61,444 nucleotides of DNA, taken from Acidimicrobiia bacterium. GTDB lineage: Bacteria > Actinomycetota > Acidimicrobiia > Spongiisociales > JAHEDJ01. Positions 19,202 to 29,645 of this stretch are shown here, piece by piece. The stretch's first letter is position 1. Each line of letters starts with the position of its first letter. The DNA is taken from positions 62,001 through 123,444 of the forward strand of contig JARGFH010000002.1 of NCBI GenBank assembly GCA_029210695.1, in the 5' to 3' direction. Both the position numbers and the translations under genes were made by a program. Under the pieces are notes generated by a model, which had not been told where the DNA came from, ran no database searches, and was given only the letters and a program-made list of their open reading frames with translations.

Positions 19202-20019
19202 ACTTCGATTCCATTCAAAGCGCGGCCGACGCCCTCAGAACGCGCAGCGGCGGTCGCCGGCATCGGGTCGCGGCGGTGCTGGGCTCCGGGTTGAGCAGCT
19301 ATGCCGAACACCTGCCCGGGGCGATCGCCATACCGTATGAAGACATCCCCGGTTTCCCGGTGCCGAGGGTGCAGGGCCACGCCGGCACGGCCTATTCCGT
19401 TGAGCTTGATGGAGTTCCCGTCTTGATCCTGGCGGGTCGGGCCCATTTCTACGAAGGACACAGCCTCGAGCAGGTCGTCTTTGCCGTGCGGGCATCTATT
19501 GCGGCAGGCGCAACGACCATCATGCTCACGAACGCCAGCGGCGGATGCGGCGACGGGTTCAAGCCCGGCGACCTCGTGCTGCTTCGGGACCACCTCAATC
19601 TGACCGGCCAGAACCCGTTGTTCGGGCCGAACGACGACCGCCTCGGTCCACGATTTCCGGATCTGACGGCTGCCTACGACCCGGACCTCCGGGCCACCGC
19701 CCATTCGGTGGCCCGCCAAGTCCAGGTCGACCTCCGTGAGGGGGTGTACGCCTGGTTCACGGGACCAAGCTACGAAACACCGGCCGAGGTTCAGATGGCC
19801 AGGCGAATGGGGGCCGACATGGTTGGAATGTCGACGGTGCCTGAAACGATTGCGGCTCGGCACATGGGTGCCAGGGTCATCGCCATCTCACTGGTCACCA
19901 ATCTGGCCGCCGGGATCTCCGGTGTCCCGCTCTCTCACGAAGAGGTACAGGAAACGGCGGAAGCTGCCCGCGATCGATTCACCCGCCTCGTCGATTCGCT
20001 CCTACCTCGCCTCGCCTGA
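19198..20019 (+). CDS. punA: Purine-nucleoside phosphorylase
   Basis: VLGSGL, GRAHFYEG, LTNASGG, GPSYETPAE, VGMSTVPE. Confidence 0.95.
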   Translation: MNFDSIQSAADALRTRSGGRRHRVAAVLGSGLSSYAEHLPGAIAIPYEDIPGFPVPRVQGHAGTAYSVELDGVPVLILAGRAHFYEGHSLEQVVFAVRASIAAGATTIMLTNASGGCGDGFKPGDLVLLRDHLNLTGQNPLFGPNDDRLGPRFPDLTAAYDPDLRATAHSVARQVQVDLREGVYAWFTGPSYETPAEVQMARRMGADMVGMSTVPETIAARHMGARVIAISLVTNLAAGISGVPLSHEEVQETAEAARDRFTRLVDSLLPRLA

Positions 20020-20035
20020 AACACACGTTCCGGCA

Positions 20036-20060
20036 AATTGCCGGTCTCGTCCCGGCAATT
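20036..20060. terminator. Inverted repeat after punA (terminator or operator)
   Basis: AATTGCCGG-N7-CCGGCAATT. Confidence 0.45.
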
Positions 20061-20102
20061 GTTAGCATCGGTTCACAAGTCACAAACGCGAAGGAGCGTC
20101 GA

Positions 20103-20861
20103 ATGAGAGTCGCCGTCTGCGTCAAGCAGATTCCCGACCCGGCCTCCCCCTACGATCTCGACCCCGATACGCATTTCGTGGTCCGTCCCACCGACCAGGT
20201 GCTGGACGACACCGACCGCTACGGCGTCGAGATGGGCCTGCAACTCGCAGAGCAGACGGAGGGGACGGTCACGCTATTTTCAATGGGGCCCAGCGGAAAC
20301 CTTCAAGGGATCCGCCAGGCACTCGCGATGGGAGCCGATAAGGCAGTGGTCGTCGACGACCCCGCCCTTCGAGGCTCCGACGCTTTGGCCACGGCCAGAG
20401 TGCTGGCGGCCGCCATCACCCGCGAAGGATTCGATCTGGTGATCTCCGGCACGGAGTCCACCGACGGGTACGCCGGTATCTTGCCCCAGCAACTCGCCGA
20501 GTTGCTCGACGTGCCCGCCCTGACGTTCGCCAAAAAGGTCTCAGTCGAAGGCGAGATGGTTCGGATCGAACGACAGACCCAGACCGGATACGACGAGGTC
20601 GAGGCAAGTGCTCCGGTACTCGTGAGTGTCACCGCCGGTGTCGTCGAGCCGCGCTACCCGACTTTCAAGGGGATCATGCAAGCCAAGTCCAAGCCGGTCG
20701 ATTCGCTGACGACGGCAGATCTCGGCGTCGAGACGGCTTCTCAGCAGAAGATCATGGCTATCCGTCCGGCACCCGAACGCCCCTCCGGCGAAGTCATCGA
20801 AGACGACGGCGAGGCTCACCTCAAGATCGTCGCGCTGCTCGAACAGGCAAAGGTGATCTGA
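20103..20861 (+). CDS. etfB: Electron transfer flavoprotein beta subunit
   Basis: VCVKQIPD, ALAMGAD, EPRYPTFKGIMQAK. Confidence 0.95.
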   Translation: MRVAVCVKQIPDPASPYDLDPDTHFVVRPTDQVLDDTDRYGVEMGLQLAEQTEGTVTLFSMGPSGNLQGIRQALAMGADKAVVVDDPALRGSDALATARVLAAAITREGFDLVISGTESTDGYAGILPQQLAELLDVPALTFAKKVSVEGEMVRIERQTQTGYDEVEASAPVLVSVTAGVVEPRYPTFKGIMQAKSKPVDSLTTADLGVETASQQKIMAIRPAPERPSGEVIEDDGEAHLKIVALLEQAKVI

Positions 20862-20862
20862 T

Positions 20863-21819
20863 ATGTCGAGAATCTGGGTCTTTGTAGAAGAAACCGACGA
20901 AGGACCTGCGACCGTCGGACTCGAACTCCTGACCAAAGCCAGGAGCCTCGGTGGTGAACTCGCCGCCGTGTACCTCGGCCGGAATTCGGACGAGAACTTC
21001 GCAGCCCTTGGGGACCACGGGGCCACCAAGATCTTTCATCTGACACCAGGGGATGCGCTCCCAACTGCGGCCGCCGCAGCAGCCGTCGCCGTTCTGGCGG
21101 GCCAGCACTCCCCCGATCTGATCCTGTTCGGCCTCACCTACACCGGCCGTGACGTTGCCGGCCGCCTGAGCGCCCGAATGGGCAAGACGGTGCTGTCGAA
21201 CGCCACCGACTTTTCGGTCGACGGCGATACGGTGACCGTTACGAACGAGATCTTCGGCGGCATGACGCTGATCGATACCGTTTTCGAGGACGATGCGCCG
21301 TATCTGGTGATCGCACGCCCGAAGTCGTTCCCGGCGGAGCCGGCCGGCGGAGGAACCCCCGAGATCGAAGAGGTCTCGTTGCCGGACGTCGGCCATGCGG
21401 GCAGCGCAATGGTGACGGCCAGCCACACCGAAACACTCGAAGGGCCGAAGCTCGAGGAGGCCGCCATCGTCGTGGCGGCGGGACGCGGTATCGGCACCGA
21501 GGACGGGTTCAAGGTCATCGAAGAGCTTGCCGGCAAGCTCGGCGCCGCCACCGGAGCCACCCGGGCGATCGTCGATGCCGGATGGGTTCCCTATTCCAAG
21601 CAGGTCGGCCAGACCGGCAAGACGGTGAAGCCGGACGTCTACATCGCAGCCGGCGTGTCTGGTGCAATGCAGCACCTGGTGGGGATGAAGGATTCGAAGG
21701 TCATCATTGCCATCAACAAGGACGAAGAGGCACCGATCTTCGGTATCTCCGACCTCGGGATCGTCGGCGACCTCCACAAAGTACTGCCGAAACTGATCGA
21801 AGCACTGGGCAACCGCTAG
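20863..21819 (+). CDS. etfA: Electron transfer flavoprotein alpha subunit
   Basis: [45 protein letters not shown]. Confidence 0.96.
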   Translation: MSRIWVFVEETDEGPATVGLELLTKARSLGGELAAVYLGRNSDENFAALGDHGATKIFHLTPGDALPTAAAAAAVAVLAGQHSPDLILFGLTYTGRDVAGRLSARMGKTVLSNATDFSVDGDTVTVTNEIFGGMTLIDTVFEDDAPYLVIARPKSFPAEPAGGGTPEIEEVSLPDVGHAGSAMVTASHTETLEGPKLEEAAIVVAAGRGIGTEDGFKVIEELAGKLGAATGATRAIVDAGWVPYSKQVGQTGKTVKPDVYIAAGVSGAMQHLVGMKDSKVIIAINKDEEAPIFGISDLGIVGDLHKVLPKLIEALGNR

Positions 21820-21828
21820 TCGATGTAG

Positions 21829-21861
21829 GAGCCGGGCCTTTCAAGCGAAGGTGCCCGGCTC
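21829..21861. terminator. Hairpin between convergent etfA and cdd
   Basis: GAGCCGGGC...GCCCGGCTC. Confidence 0.6.
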
Positions 21862-21887
21862 TTCATCCTTCGGCGCTTCTTCCGTCG

Positions 21888-22277
21888 TCACCCCAGGCGG
21901 AAGCCGTGCGGCAATAATTCTCCGAGAGCATGTTGACGGACCTCACCGGAACCCGCCGTCACGAGCACCGTCTCGACGCCGAATTCGGTCATCCGCTGCC
22001 TGCATTGCCCGCAGGGATAGGCGTCCTCCACCGATTCGGCGTCGATGCAGGCCACCGCCACCGTGGTCAACCGGCGCGCACCGGACGACACAGCGTGCGC
22101 GATCGCGGTCGATTCCGCACAAATCGTCGACCCGTAGGCCGCGTTTTCGACGTTCGCCCCGGCGTATATGGTCCCGTCGTCGGCCACAACAACAGACCCG
22201 ACCCGGAAGCCGCTGTAGGGGGCGTAGGCCCTCCCAGCAGCCTCACGGGCTCGCTGAGCGAGTTCTGTAGCGGTCAT
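21888..22277 (-). CDS. cdd: Cytidine deaminase
   Basis: AYAPYSGFRVG, GANVENAAYG.TICAE, PCGQCRQ. Confidence 0.95.
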   Translation of the reverse strand: MTATELAQRAREAAGRAYAPYSGFRVGSVVVADDGTIYAGANVENAAYGSTICAESTAIAHAVSSGARRLTTVAVACIDAESVEDAYPCGQCRQRMTEFGVETVLVTAGSGEVRQHALGELLPHGFRLG

Positions 22278-23284
22278 GCGTCCGCCAGCAGCGCGTCGAC
22301 GAAAGCGCTCGGCTCGAACGGGATCAAATCTTCCACGCCTTCTCCAACACCGATGAACTTGACCGGCACACCGTAGTCCTGTTCGATCGCCACCGTGATG
22401 CCGCCTTTTGCAGTGCCGTCGAGCTTCGTGAGCACGATTCCCGTAACACCAACGACATCGGTGAACTGCTTGATTTGTGCCATCCCGTTCTGACCCGTCG
22501 TGGCGTCGAGCACGAGCAACACCTCGTCCACCGAACCGGCCTCTCGCTCCAACACCCGGACTATCTTGCCGAGTTCCTGCATGAGGTTGTGCTTCGAGTG
22601 CAGTCGACCGGCAGTATCGACGATTACCACGTCCCGATCTCGAGCCCTGCCGGCCTGATATGCGTCGAACGCCACCGCAGCCGGATCAGCTCCCGACTGA
22701 CCGGAGACGATCTCTACCCCGACCCGCTCGGCCCAGGTTCGTAGCTGGGCGTCTGCGGCAGCACGGAACGTGTCGGCCGCTCCCAGCAGGGCGGAAGATC
22801 CGGACGACTGCAAGTGGGCGGCCAGCTTGGCAATGCTGGTCGTCTTTCCGACCCCGTTGACCCCGACCACAACCACAACCGCCGGCGATCCCTCGAGGTG
22901 GAGTTCACGATCTTTCCCGCTCAGGATGGCGAGTAGCTCGTCGTGGATCGCCAACCTCGCCTCATCGGCCCCGGACGGACTCGCCAGGCGCACACGGTCT
23001 ACCACCTGCGTCGTGGCTCGCACTCCGAGATCCGCACCGATGAGCGCTTCCTCTAGACCGGTCCAGAAATCCTCGTCGACCGCCCCCCGGCTGAGTAGAC
23101 CCTTGAGACGTCCCCCGAGGGCAGTTCTGGTTTTCTCGAGACGCTCGGCCAGCGCACCGGCGGACGGCGTCGCCGGTGCGGCGGTGGAAACTGGCTGCTT
23201 CCGCCCGCGCAGGACGCCTACGAGGACCGCAATCGCCACTACGAACACGGCGACAGCCAGGACAATGATCAACACGGGATCCAT
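22274..23284 (-). CDS. ftsY: SRP receptor FtsY
   Basis: GVNGVGKTT, DTFRAAA, DTAGRL, TKLDGTAKGG; N-terminal TM. Confidence 0.96.
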   Translation of the reverse strand: MDPVLIIVLAVAVFVVAIAVLVGVLRGRKQPVSTAAPATPSAGALAERLEKTRTALGGRLKGLLSRGAVDEDFWTGLEEALIGADLGVRATTQVVDRVRLASPSGADEARLAIHDELLAILSGKDRELHLEGSPAVVVVVGVNGVGKTTSIAKLAAHLQSSGSSALLGAADTFRAAADAQLRTWAERVGVEIVSGQSGADPAAVAFDAYQAGRARDRDVVIVDTAGRLHSKHNLMQELGKIVRVLEREAGSVDEVLLVLDATTGQNGMAQIKQFTDVVGVTGIVLTKLDGTAKGGITVAIEQDYGVPVKFIGVGEGVEDLIPFEPSAFVDALLADA

Positions 23285-23295
23285 AGCGGAGGATT

Positions 23296-26200
23296 CTACG
23301 ACGCAGGAACGGGTGCTTCCACCAACCGCTTGGCAACGACTTTGGTCGAACCGCCGGGCTCCATGGTCACTCCGTAGAGGATGTTGGCGGCTTCCATGGT
23401 TTGCTGCTGATGGGTGACGATCACCAACTGTGCAGTACGGCGGAACTCCTCGACCAACCGCAAGAAGCGCCGCAAGTTGGCGTCGTCGAGGGCGGCTTCC
23501 ACCTCATCCACTACATAGAACGGGCTGGGCCTCGCCTTGAACACGGCAAACAAGAACGCCAGTGCCGCCAGCGAACGCTCACCGCCGGACAACAACGAGA
23601 GCTGGCCAACTTTCTTGCCGAGCGGTTGCGCTTCAATGTCGACCCCGGTTATGAGCAGGTCGTCGGGATCAGTCAGCACGAGCCGGCCGCGGCCGCCGGG
23701 GAAGAGAACCGAGAAATGCTGCTCGTAGGCCGCCGCCACCTCGTCGAAGGCGGTCCTGAACAAGCCGACGATCTCCTCGTCGAGCGCAGACATGACCTTG
23801 CGGAGCTCATTCCGGCTGCTCTCGAGGTCCTCCAGCTGTTCCTGAAGATGAGCCCTCCGCGCATCGAGCTCCTGATACTCCTCGGCGGCGAGGGGATTGA
23901 TCGTCCCCATCCGGCGCATCTCGGCCTCGAGCGAGGCGAGCCGTCCGCGGAGGTCCGTGCCCTCGTCCATTTCCGGAGCAGGGGCGGCCAGCGCCTGCTC
24001 CTCCGACGCGTCGACGTCTCTTCGCAGACCCTCAGCCACCGACTCGAGGCGAACCTTCAGCTCCGCCGATTCGACGTCGAGTCTCGCTCGCTGATCCTTC
24101 TTCGTCGCGATTGAAATACGGACTTCATCGAGACGGCTGCGGGCGCTCGCCAATCGTTCTCCTGCTTGACCGGTGGCCTTCCGGAGTTCGACCTGACGTG
24201 TTCTGAGTGTGCTGATGTGCGCCCGCACGACCTCGAGGGACCGACGGGCACTCTCCTCCACCGTCTGCAGTTCCTGAAGTCGCTGCGGATCACCGGGACG
24301 GTCCGTGAGATCTTGGAGATCTCCTTGAATCGACCCCAATCGCACCTCGAGCAAGCGGCGCCGCTCCACGATGCCGCCCAGGCCTGCCGCGGCGACCTGA
24401 CGTACCTCGCGCGCCTCGTCACGGCGATCGGCCACCACTCGCCGTTTAGCGGCCAGTTCATCCCATGCATGCTGGCGCTCGGCCTCTTCTCCCTCGAGGG
24501 CACTCAGGCGCGCACGCAACTCGTCAATCCTCGTCTCACGGTCGGCGGCCGACTCCAGCAACATGGAGCGGCGCTCTTCCAGCCGATCGATCTCGTGTTC
24601 GGCAGCACTCCGGGTGCGTTCGAGTCGCGCCAGCGCTTCCGTCGCCCCCGCCAGGCTCGTTTCGATGAGCTCGAGGGCCTCGAGGGCGTCCCGTTCAACA
24701 CCTCGCGCGTGCTCAAAGTCCCGTCGAGCCGAAACATGGCGGCTCTTAGCCCGAGCGAGCAGGCGCTCAGCTTCCTCGAGCGCCACTCTGGCACGCTCGA
24801 GCACCGCAGGAGTTGCCCCATCGGGATGGGAAACGCGAATGCCATCGGCCGTGATCAGATCTCCCTCAGGGGTGACAACTCGAACTGCGGGATGCTTCGA
24901 GACAACCTGCCATCCCGCAGACCACCCCTCAGCCACGACGACATCCCCGAGGAGGGCGGCGGCCAGCCGGAGATCGGACCGGGCGCCCAACACGTCAACC
25001 AGCGTCTCCAACCCGAAGGCTTCCGCCACCGGCCGGGCCGGAAGCTCGCCGCTGGTGAAGCGGGCAGTGACCAGCGGAACTCCGCCGAGACCGTGTGCCT
25101 TGAGGTCACCGACCACCTGCTCGATTGCAGTCGGATTCTGCACTGCGAGTGCATCGCTCCACGGGCCGAGCGCGGCGTCGACCGCGGCGGCGAACCGGTC
25201 GGGAACGTCCAACACCGTCGCCAGATTGCCCCGCACGCCGGCGGCTGCAAGCGCCCGGTCGCGGGCTTGCGGGTCGGCCAGACCGGCCGCAGCAGCTTCC
25301 AGGGCCTCGACCCTGGCGCCGGCGGCCGACTCCCCTACCCGCGCCGATTGAAGGTCGGACTCTGCAGCCTCCCAGATCTCTTGCTGTGTCCGCCGATCCG
25401 ACCGGGCCGAATCGTGTGCCCGTTGGGCGGCCGTCGCTTGGATGTCGGAACGCTCGATATCAGCCCTAAGTCGATCTGTTTCGATCGACTCGGCCTCGGA
25501 TTGCCCGTGCAGCGATTCGAGGCGTCGCCCGATCTGATCGGCCTCTCGCTCGTCTCTACCGACCGCGGATTCGAGCGAGCGCAGGTCGCCACGGACTGCC
25601 GCCACCGCGCCTTCGGTCGGCATCTGTTCTTGTTCGGCCAGAGACCGCTCTTCGTCTTCGAGATCGCGCAGGGCACGTTCGGCACGCTCCGCCTCGATCC
25701 GCGCACGACGTTCCTCTTCGGAGCTCTGCGCCAGATCCGCTTGTATCTGTCGCGCCTCCTCGTGCATATCTCTGCGACGCTCGCCTGCTCCCTGGATGCG
25801 CTGAGAGAGGGCTCGATGCCGCTCATGCGCAACCTGGGCGATGCGCTTGAAACGCTCGGCCGCTGTTTCGAGCCGGGCGGCGGAGGCGGTATCTCGCTCC
25901 AGCAAGAGACCGGCTTCGCCGGCCGCCAGGGTCAACGGCTCTATCGAAGCAGCCAGCACCGTCTCCTCGTCCGCAGCCTCAGCCAGCAACTGATCGAGTT
26001 CGGCGTGTTGACGTGCGACAGCTCCGAGCCGCGCCCGATTGGTACGAAGATCCTCTCCACCCAGATACAGACGCAGTGCCCGAGCCTCATCGCGTACGAC
26101 CAGATACCGCTCGGCGGCGCGAGCCTGCCGACGAAGAGGGCGGATCTGACGTTCCAGCTCGCCCAGGATGTCTTTGAGGCGGAGCAGATCGGCGTCGGTA

Positions 26201-26748
26201 CTTTCGAGGCGGCGGATGGCCCGGTCCTTCCGCAAGCGATGCTTCAGCACTCCGGCCGCCTCTTCGATCACGGCGCGATGATCTTCGGGTTTGGCGTTGA
26301 GGATCTGATCGAGTTGTCCTTGACCAACGATGACATGCTGATGCCGGCCGACGCCGCTGTCCGACAGCAGTTCCTGCACATCGAGCAACCGGACGTCAAC
26401 GTCGTTGATCTCGTAGTCGGACGAGCCATCACGGTATAGACGACGGGTAATCGATACTTCATCCAGGTCGAGCGGTAGCGACCGGGAGAGGTTATCGAAG
26501 GTGAGGGTGACCTCAGCCCGGCCGAGGGCGGGTCGGGTGGCCGTTCCTGCGAAGATGACATCTTCCATCTTCTGCGTCCGCAGCGTTCGCGTCGACTGGG
26601 TACCCATCACCCAGGCGATCGCGTCGACGATATTCGACTTTCCGGACCCGTTGGGCCCGACGACTACCGTGACGCCCGGTTCGAGTTCCAGGCGCGTTCG
26701 ATCCGCGAAAGACTTGAATCCGACGAGTTTGAGCGTTTTGAGATACAA
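23296..26748 (-). CDS. smc: Chromosome segregation protein SMC
   Basis: GFKSFA, GPNGSGKSN, coiled coils with hinge, LSGGE, DEVEAALD. Confidence 0.97.
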   Translation of the reverse strand: MYLKTLKLVGFKSFADRTRLELEPGVTVVVGPNGSGKSNIVDAIAWVMGTQSTRTLRTQKMEDVIFAGTATRPALGRAEVTLTFDNLSRSLPLDLDEVSITRRLYRDGSSDYEINDVDVRLLDVQELLSDSGVGRHQHVIVGQGQLDQILNAKPEDHRAVIEEAAGVLKHRLRKDRAIRRLESTDADLLRLKDILGELERQIRPLRRQARAAERYLVVRDEARALRLYLGGEDLRTNRARLGAVARQHAELDQLLAEAADEETVLAASIEPLTLAAGEAGLLLERDTASAARLETAAERFKRIAQVAHERHRALSQRIQGAGERRRDMHEEARQIQADLAQSSEEERRARIEAERAERALRDLEDEERSLAEQEQMPTEGAVAAVRGDLRSLESAVGRDEREADQIGRRLESLHGQSEAESIETDRLRADIERSDIQATAAQRAHDSARSDRRTQQEIWEAAESDLQSARVGESAAGARVEALEAAAAGLADPQARDRALAAAGVRGNLATVLDVPDRFAAAVDAALGPWSDALAVQNPTAIEQVVGDLKAHGLGGVPLVTARFTSGELPARPVAEAFGLETLVDVLGARSDLRLAAALLGDVVVAEGWSAGWQVVSKHPAVRVVTPEGDLITADGIRVSHPDGATPAVLERARVALEEAERLLARAKSRHVSARRDFEHARGVERDALEALELIETSLAGATEALARLERTRSAAEHEIDRLEERRSMLLESAADRETRIDELRARLSALEGEEAERQHAWDELAAKRRVVADRRDEAREVRQVAAAGLGGIVERRRLLEVRLGSIQGDLQDLTDRPGDPQRLQELQTVEESARRSLEVVRAHISTLRTRQVELRKATGQAGERLASARSRLDEVRISIATKKDQRARLDVESAELKVRLESVAEGLRRDVDASEEQALAAPAPEMDEGTDLRGRLASLEAEMRRMGTINPLAAEEYQELDARRAHLQEQLEDLESSRNELRKVMSALDEEIVGLFRTAFDEVAAAYEQHFSVLFPGGRGRLVLTDPDDLLITGVDIEAQPLGKKVGQLSLLSGGERSLAALAFLFAVFKARPSPFYVVDEVEAALDDANLRRFLRLVEEFRRTAQLVIVTHQQQTMEAANILYGVTMEPGGSTKVVAKRLVEAPVPAS

Positions 26749-26835
26749 GAACTACACCTTTGTGATTCGGCAGGCTATCACAGTTCGGAATCCGTTCCGG
26801 GGTCTTCAAACGCCGGAAAAAGGCGAGTACCGGCC

Positions 26836-27666
26836 TCATCGCTGGCAGGTCGGACACCAGAAGCTGCTCCTTCCCCCGATCACCGTTCGTTCGATCGCCG
26901 TCCCGTCTCGTCGACAGGGTTCTCCGACCCTTCCATAGACCCGTAGACGCTGGAAGTACTCCCCCGCCCGACCATCCGGGAGGAGATAGGCGAGATCGTT
27001 GAGGCTCGTTCCACCCCAGCGCAATCCGGCCCGGAGTACCGGCCCGATCGCACCTCTCAAGATGCGTACCTCGTCGACGCTCAAGGTCCCGGCCGGCCGG
27101 TCGGGTCGGATGCAGGAACGGTGGAGTACCTCATCCGCATAGATATTCCCGAGTCCGGCCACGAAATATTGATCGAGTAGCAGGGACTTGATGGCGATCA
27201 CCCGGCCCTCCAACCGGGGAAGCAGACGCCGGAACCGGGGCAGGTCGTTCAACGCGTCGGGACCCAGGTGAGCAAACGATTGACCCTCGAATTCATCCGG
27301 AGTGAATACGGCCATGAACCCGAAGGTGCGGGGATCGACGAAGTGCATCTCCTGGTGGCGGTCGGTCTCGACTACCACATGGGTGTGGGGCGAACGTTCT
27401 CCGCCCGGGGTCTCGAGGCGGATCCGGCCGGACATTCCCAGGTGGACGACCCAGGTGAAATCGCCTTCGAGGTCGATCATCAAGAACTTACCGTGCCGCC
27501 CAACTGAAGCCACGCGGCGGCCGAGGAGCCGATCGTGGAAATCGCGAGGTCGTGGTTGACGGCGAACCACCCTGGGGTGGCCCACCTCAACCGCGACGAT
27601 TGTCGCTCCTTCGAGCGCCGGCGCAAGCGAACGACGTACGGTCTCAACTTCTGGGAGCTCAGGCAT
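26836..27666 (-). CDS. mutM: Formamidopyrimidine-DNA glycosylase
   Basis: MPELPEVE start, HLGMSG, GLGNIYADE, C-terminal zinc finger; the longer N-terminus in the ORF track is MITE sequence. Confidence 0.96.
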   Translation of the reverse strand: MPELPEVETVRRSLAPALEGATIVAVEVGHPRVVRRQPRPRDFHDRLLGRRVASVGRHGKFLMIDLEGDFTWVVHLGMSGRIRLETPGGERSPHTHVVVETDRHQEMHFVDPRTFGFMAVFTPDEFEGQSFAHLGPDALNDLPRFRRLLPRLEGRVIAIKSLLLDQYFVAGLGNIYADEVLHRSCIRPDRPAGTLSVDEVRILRGAIGPVLRAGLRWGGTSLNDLAYLLPDGRAGEYFQRLRVYGRVGEPCRRDGTAIERTVIGGRSSFWCPTCQR

Positions 27667-27676
27667 GAGGAGGCTT

Positions 27677-27787
27677 CTAGTGGTCTGTCTGCTATTTGAT
27701 GACCGGGGTAGGCAGTGCCACGAACCCTGCCACAGCGGGGATCGTCCGGCAGGAGACCAAGTCACCAAATCCGCGACGGACCACTAG
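27677..27787 (-). mobile_element. MITE copy 2, between rnc and mutM
   Basis: Exact reverse complement of copy 1; CTAG at 27677-80 and 27784-87, the latter containing the rnc stop. Confidence 0.88.
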
Positions 27788-28479
27788 GTTGTCGATTCGC
27801 GGTTGTAGCTCTCGCCTTGCAGGCTCGCCAGCGCTTCGTCGGCCGCCGCCTGCTGGGCTTCCTTCTTGGACCGCCCGACCCCCCGCCCGATGACATGTCC
27901 ATCAACCGCTACCGACGCCGCGAACACCCGGTCGTGGTCGGGGCCATCGCCGCTCATCTCGTAGGTCGGCACCCTGGCCTGAACGGCCAGCACCTCCTGA
28001 AGACGGGTCTTGTAATCAAGCAGGCCCGGCCTCGTAGCTTTCTCCCGAATCAACTTTTCCCAATGCCGCAGAACCACGGTCCGCGCCGCCTCGAGACCCC
28101 CATCCAGGTAGACGGCAGCCAGCACAGCTTCGAGCGCGTCGGCCAGGATCGACGATTTCTCGCCTCCCCCCGTCGCTGCCTCCCCCCTGCCGAGACGGAT
28201 ATCGGAGCCGAGTTCGATATTCCGGGCGATACGTGCGAGTTCAGACCTGTTCACACAGGCAGCGCGTACTTTGGCCATTTGACCCTCCGGCAGATCCGCA
28301 AACTCCCCGAAGAGAAAGTCGGTGACCGCTAGTTGGAGCACGGCATCACCCAGGAACTCGAGTCGTTCGTTGGAGGCCTCTTCAGGGCGTTCGGACTCGA
28401 ACGAGCGGTGCGTTAGTGCATGGACCAGTAGTCCGGGCGTCCGGAACGAGTGCCCCAGTCGCTGCTCGAGTCCGCTCAC
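27784..28479 (-). CDS. rnc: Ribonuclease III
   Basis: NERLEFLGDAVL; dsRBD DYKTRLQE...GRSKKEAQQ. Confidence 0.97.
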   Translation of the reverse strand: MSGLEQRLGHSFRTPGLLVHALTHRSFESERPEEASNERLEFLGDAVLQLAVTDFLFGEFADLPEGQMAKVRAACVNRSELARIARNIELGSDIRLGRGEAATGGGEKSSILADALEAVLAAVYLDGGLEAARTVVLRHWEKLIREKATRPGLLDYKTRLQEVLAVQARVPTYEMSGDGPDHDRVFAASVAVDGHVIGRGVGRSKKEAQQAAADEALASLQGESYNRESTT

Positions 28480-29447
28480 GGTTCAAGCCGCTTGGCAACG
28501 TGTCCTGCGAGATCCCGATCGGCGCCGGTCGAGGCCATGGCGACGGCATTGGCGATGGCAATGCGCGACGAAGAACCATGGGCAATCACCACCACTCCGT
28601 TGGTGCCGAGCAGATGTCCTCCGCCGTATTCTTCGTGATCGACCCGCCTGCGCACTTCCGCCAGGACCGGATCAATCACTGCAAGGTCCTGAGGAGGCAG
28701 GTTGATCACTGCGGCCTGGAAGAGTTCGGCGATGAACTGCACCGCACCTTCGGTGGTCTTCAGGAGGATGTTGCCCGTGAAGCCGTCTGTGACGAACACA
28801 TCGGCCCTATCGGAGGCGAGGTCACGACCCTCGACGTTCCCGATGAAGTTCAGGCTGGTGGCGCGCAATAATTCGAATGCGGCCTTCTCCAAATCCCGAC
28901 CCTTGCTCTCTTCCTCCCCGATGTTCAGCAGACCCACCCGAGGATTACGCACGCCGAGGTAAAGCTCGGCTACCAGAGAACCCATAACCGCAAACTGCAC
29001 GAGGTGCTCGGGTTTGCACTCCGGATTCGCTCCGGAGTCCAGGACGACGGTGTGGCTGCCGGGGGTCGGGAAGATCGAAGCCACGGCCGGGCGGAGCACG
29101 CCCGGCATTCGGCGGAGAATGACCGCAGCGGCGGCCAGCGTTGCACCGGTCGATCCGGCTGAGACGAGGGCGTCGGCCTCGCCGGCCTTGACCAACCGCG
29201 CCGCGACCGCAATCGAACTGTCCGGTTTCTCCCGAATTGCCCTGGCCGGATCTTCATCCATCCCGATTACCTGGGCGGCGGCAACCACCGGAAGCTTTGT
29301 CCCGAGCGCGGCCAACCGATCGGCAATGAGCGAGGGTTCGCCGACCAGAATCACGTCGTGGCCTGCGCCGGCAGCAAGAACACCGCCGGCAATGATCTCG
29401 TCGGGAGCGCGATCGCCCCCCATCGCATCGAGGGCTACACGGGCCAT
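28476..29447 (-). CDS. plsX: Phosphate acyltransferase PlsX
   Basis: ALDAMGGD, SAGSTGA, LDSGAN, LLNIGEE..KG, TDGFTGN, AHGSS. Confidence 0.95.
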   Translation of the reverse strand: MARVALDAMGGDRAPDEIIAGGVLAAGAGHDVILVGEPSLIADRLAALGTKLPVVAAAQVIGMDEDPARAIREKPDSSIAVAARLVKAGEADALVSAGSTGATLAAAAVILRRMPGVLRPAVASIFPTPGSHTVVLDSGANPECKPEHLVQFAVMGSLVAELYLGVRNPRVGLLNIGEEESKGRDLEKAAFELLRATSLNFIGNVEGRDLASDRADVFVTDGFTGNILLKTTEGAVQFIAELFQAAVINLPPQDLAVIDPVLAEVRRRVDHEEYGGGHLLGTNGVVVIAHGSSSRIAIANAVAMASTGADRDLAGHVAKRLEP

Positions 29448-29457
29448 GTGGGGATGA

Positions 29458-29634
29458 CTATTCGGTGACGGTGATCTCGCGACCGCGGTACGTACCGCAG
29501 TTCGGGCAGGCGCGATGAGGCAGCTTGGGGCTGTGGCACTGAGGGCAAGTCGACGTGCCCGTTCGGCTCAGCTTCCATTCGGCTTTCCGGCGCCGCGTCC
29601 GAGAGCGCGACATCTTCTTCTTGGGCACCGCCAT
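29458..29634 (-). CDS. rpmF: 50S ribosomal protein L32 (58 aa, absent from the ORF track)
   Basis: MAVPKKKMSRSRTRRRKAEW...CPQC...PHRACPNCGTYRGR; AGGAG RBS. Confidence 0.95.
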   Translation of the reverse strand: MAVPKKKMSRSRTRRRKAEWKLSRTGTSTCPQCHSPKLPHRACPNCGTYRGREITVTE

Positions 29635-29645
29635 GGGCGCACTCC

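Noticed and set aside
24166..26439. 757-aa + strand ORF and other long antisense ORFs
   Set aside because: Shadows of real genes (here smc) caused by high-GC codon bias
26761..26782. TGTGA...TCACA upstream of smc as a CRP site
   Set aside because: The spacer is 12 nt rather than 6; it may be another operator, but this is unsupported
27667..27768. N-terminal extension MVTWSPAGRSPLWQ... on MutM (the same peptide starts ORF 15668..16201)
   Set aside because: It is translated MITE sequence; Fpg needs the MPELPEV start
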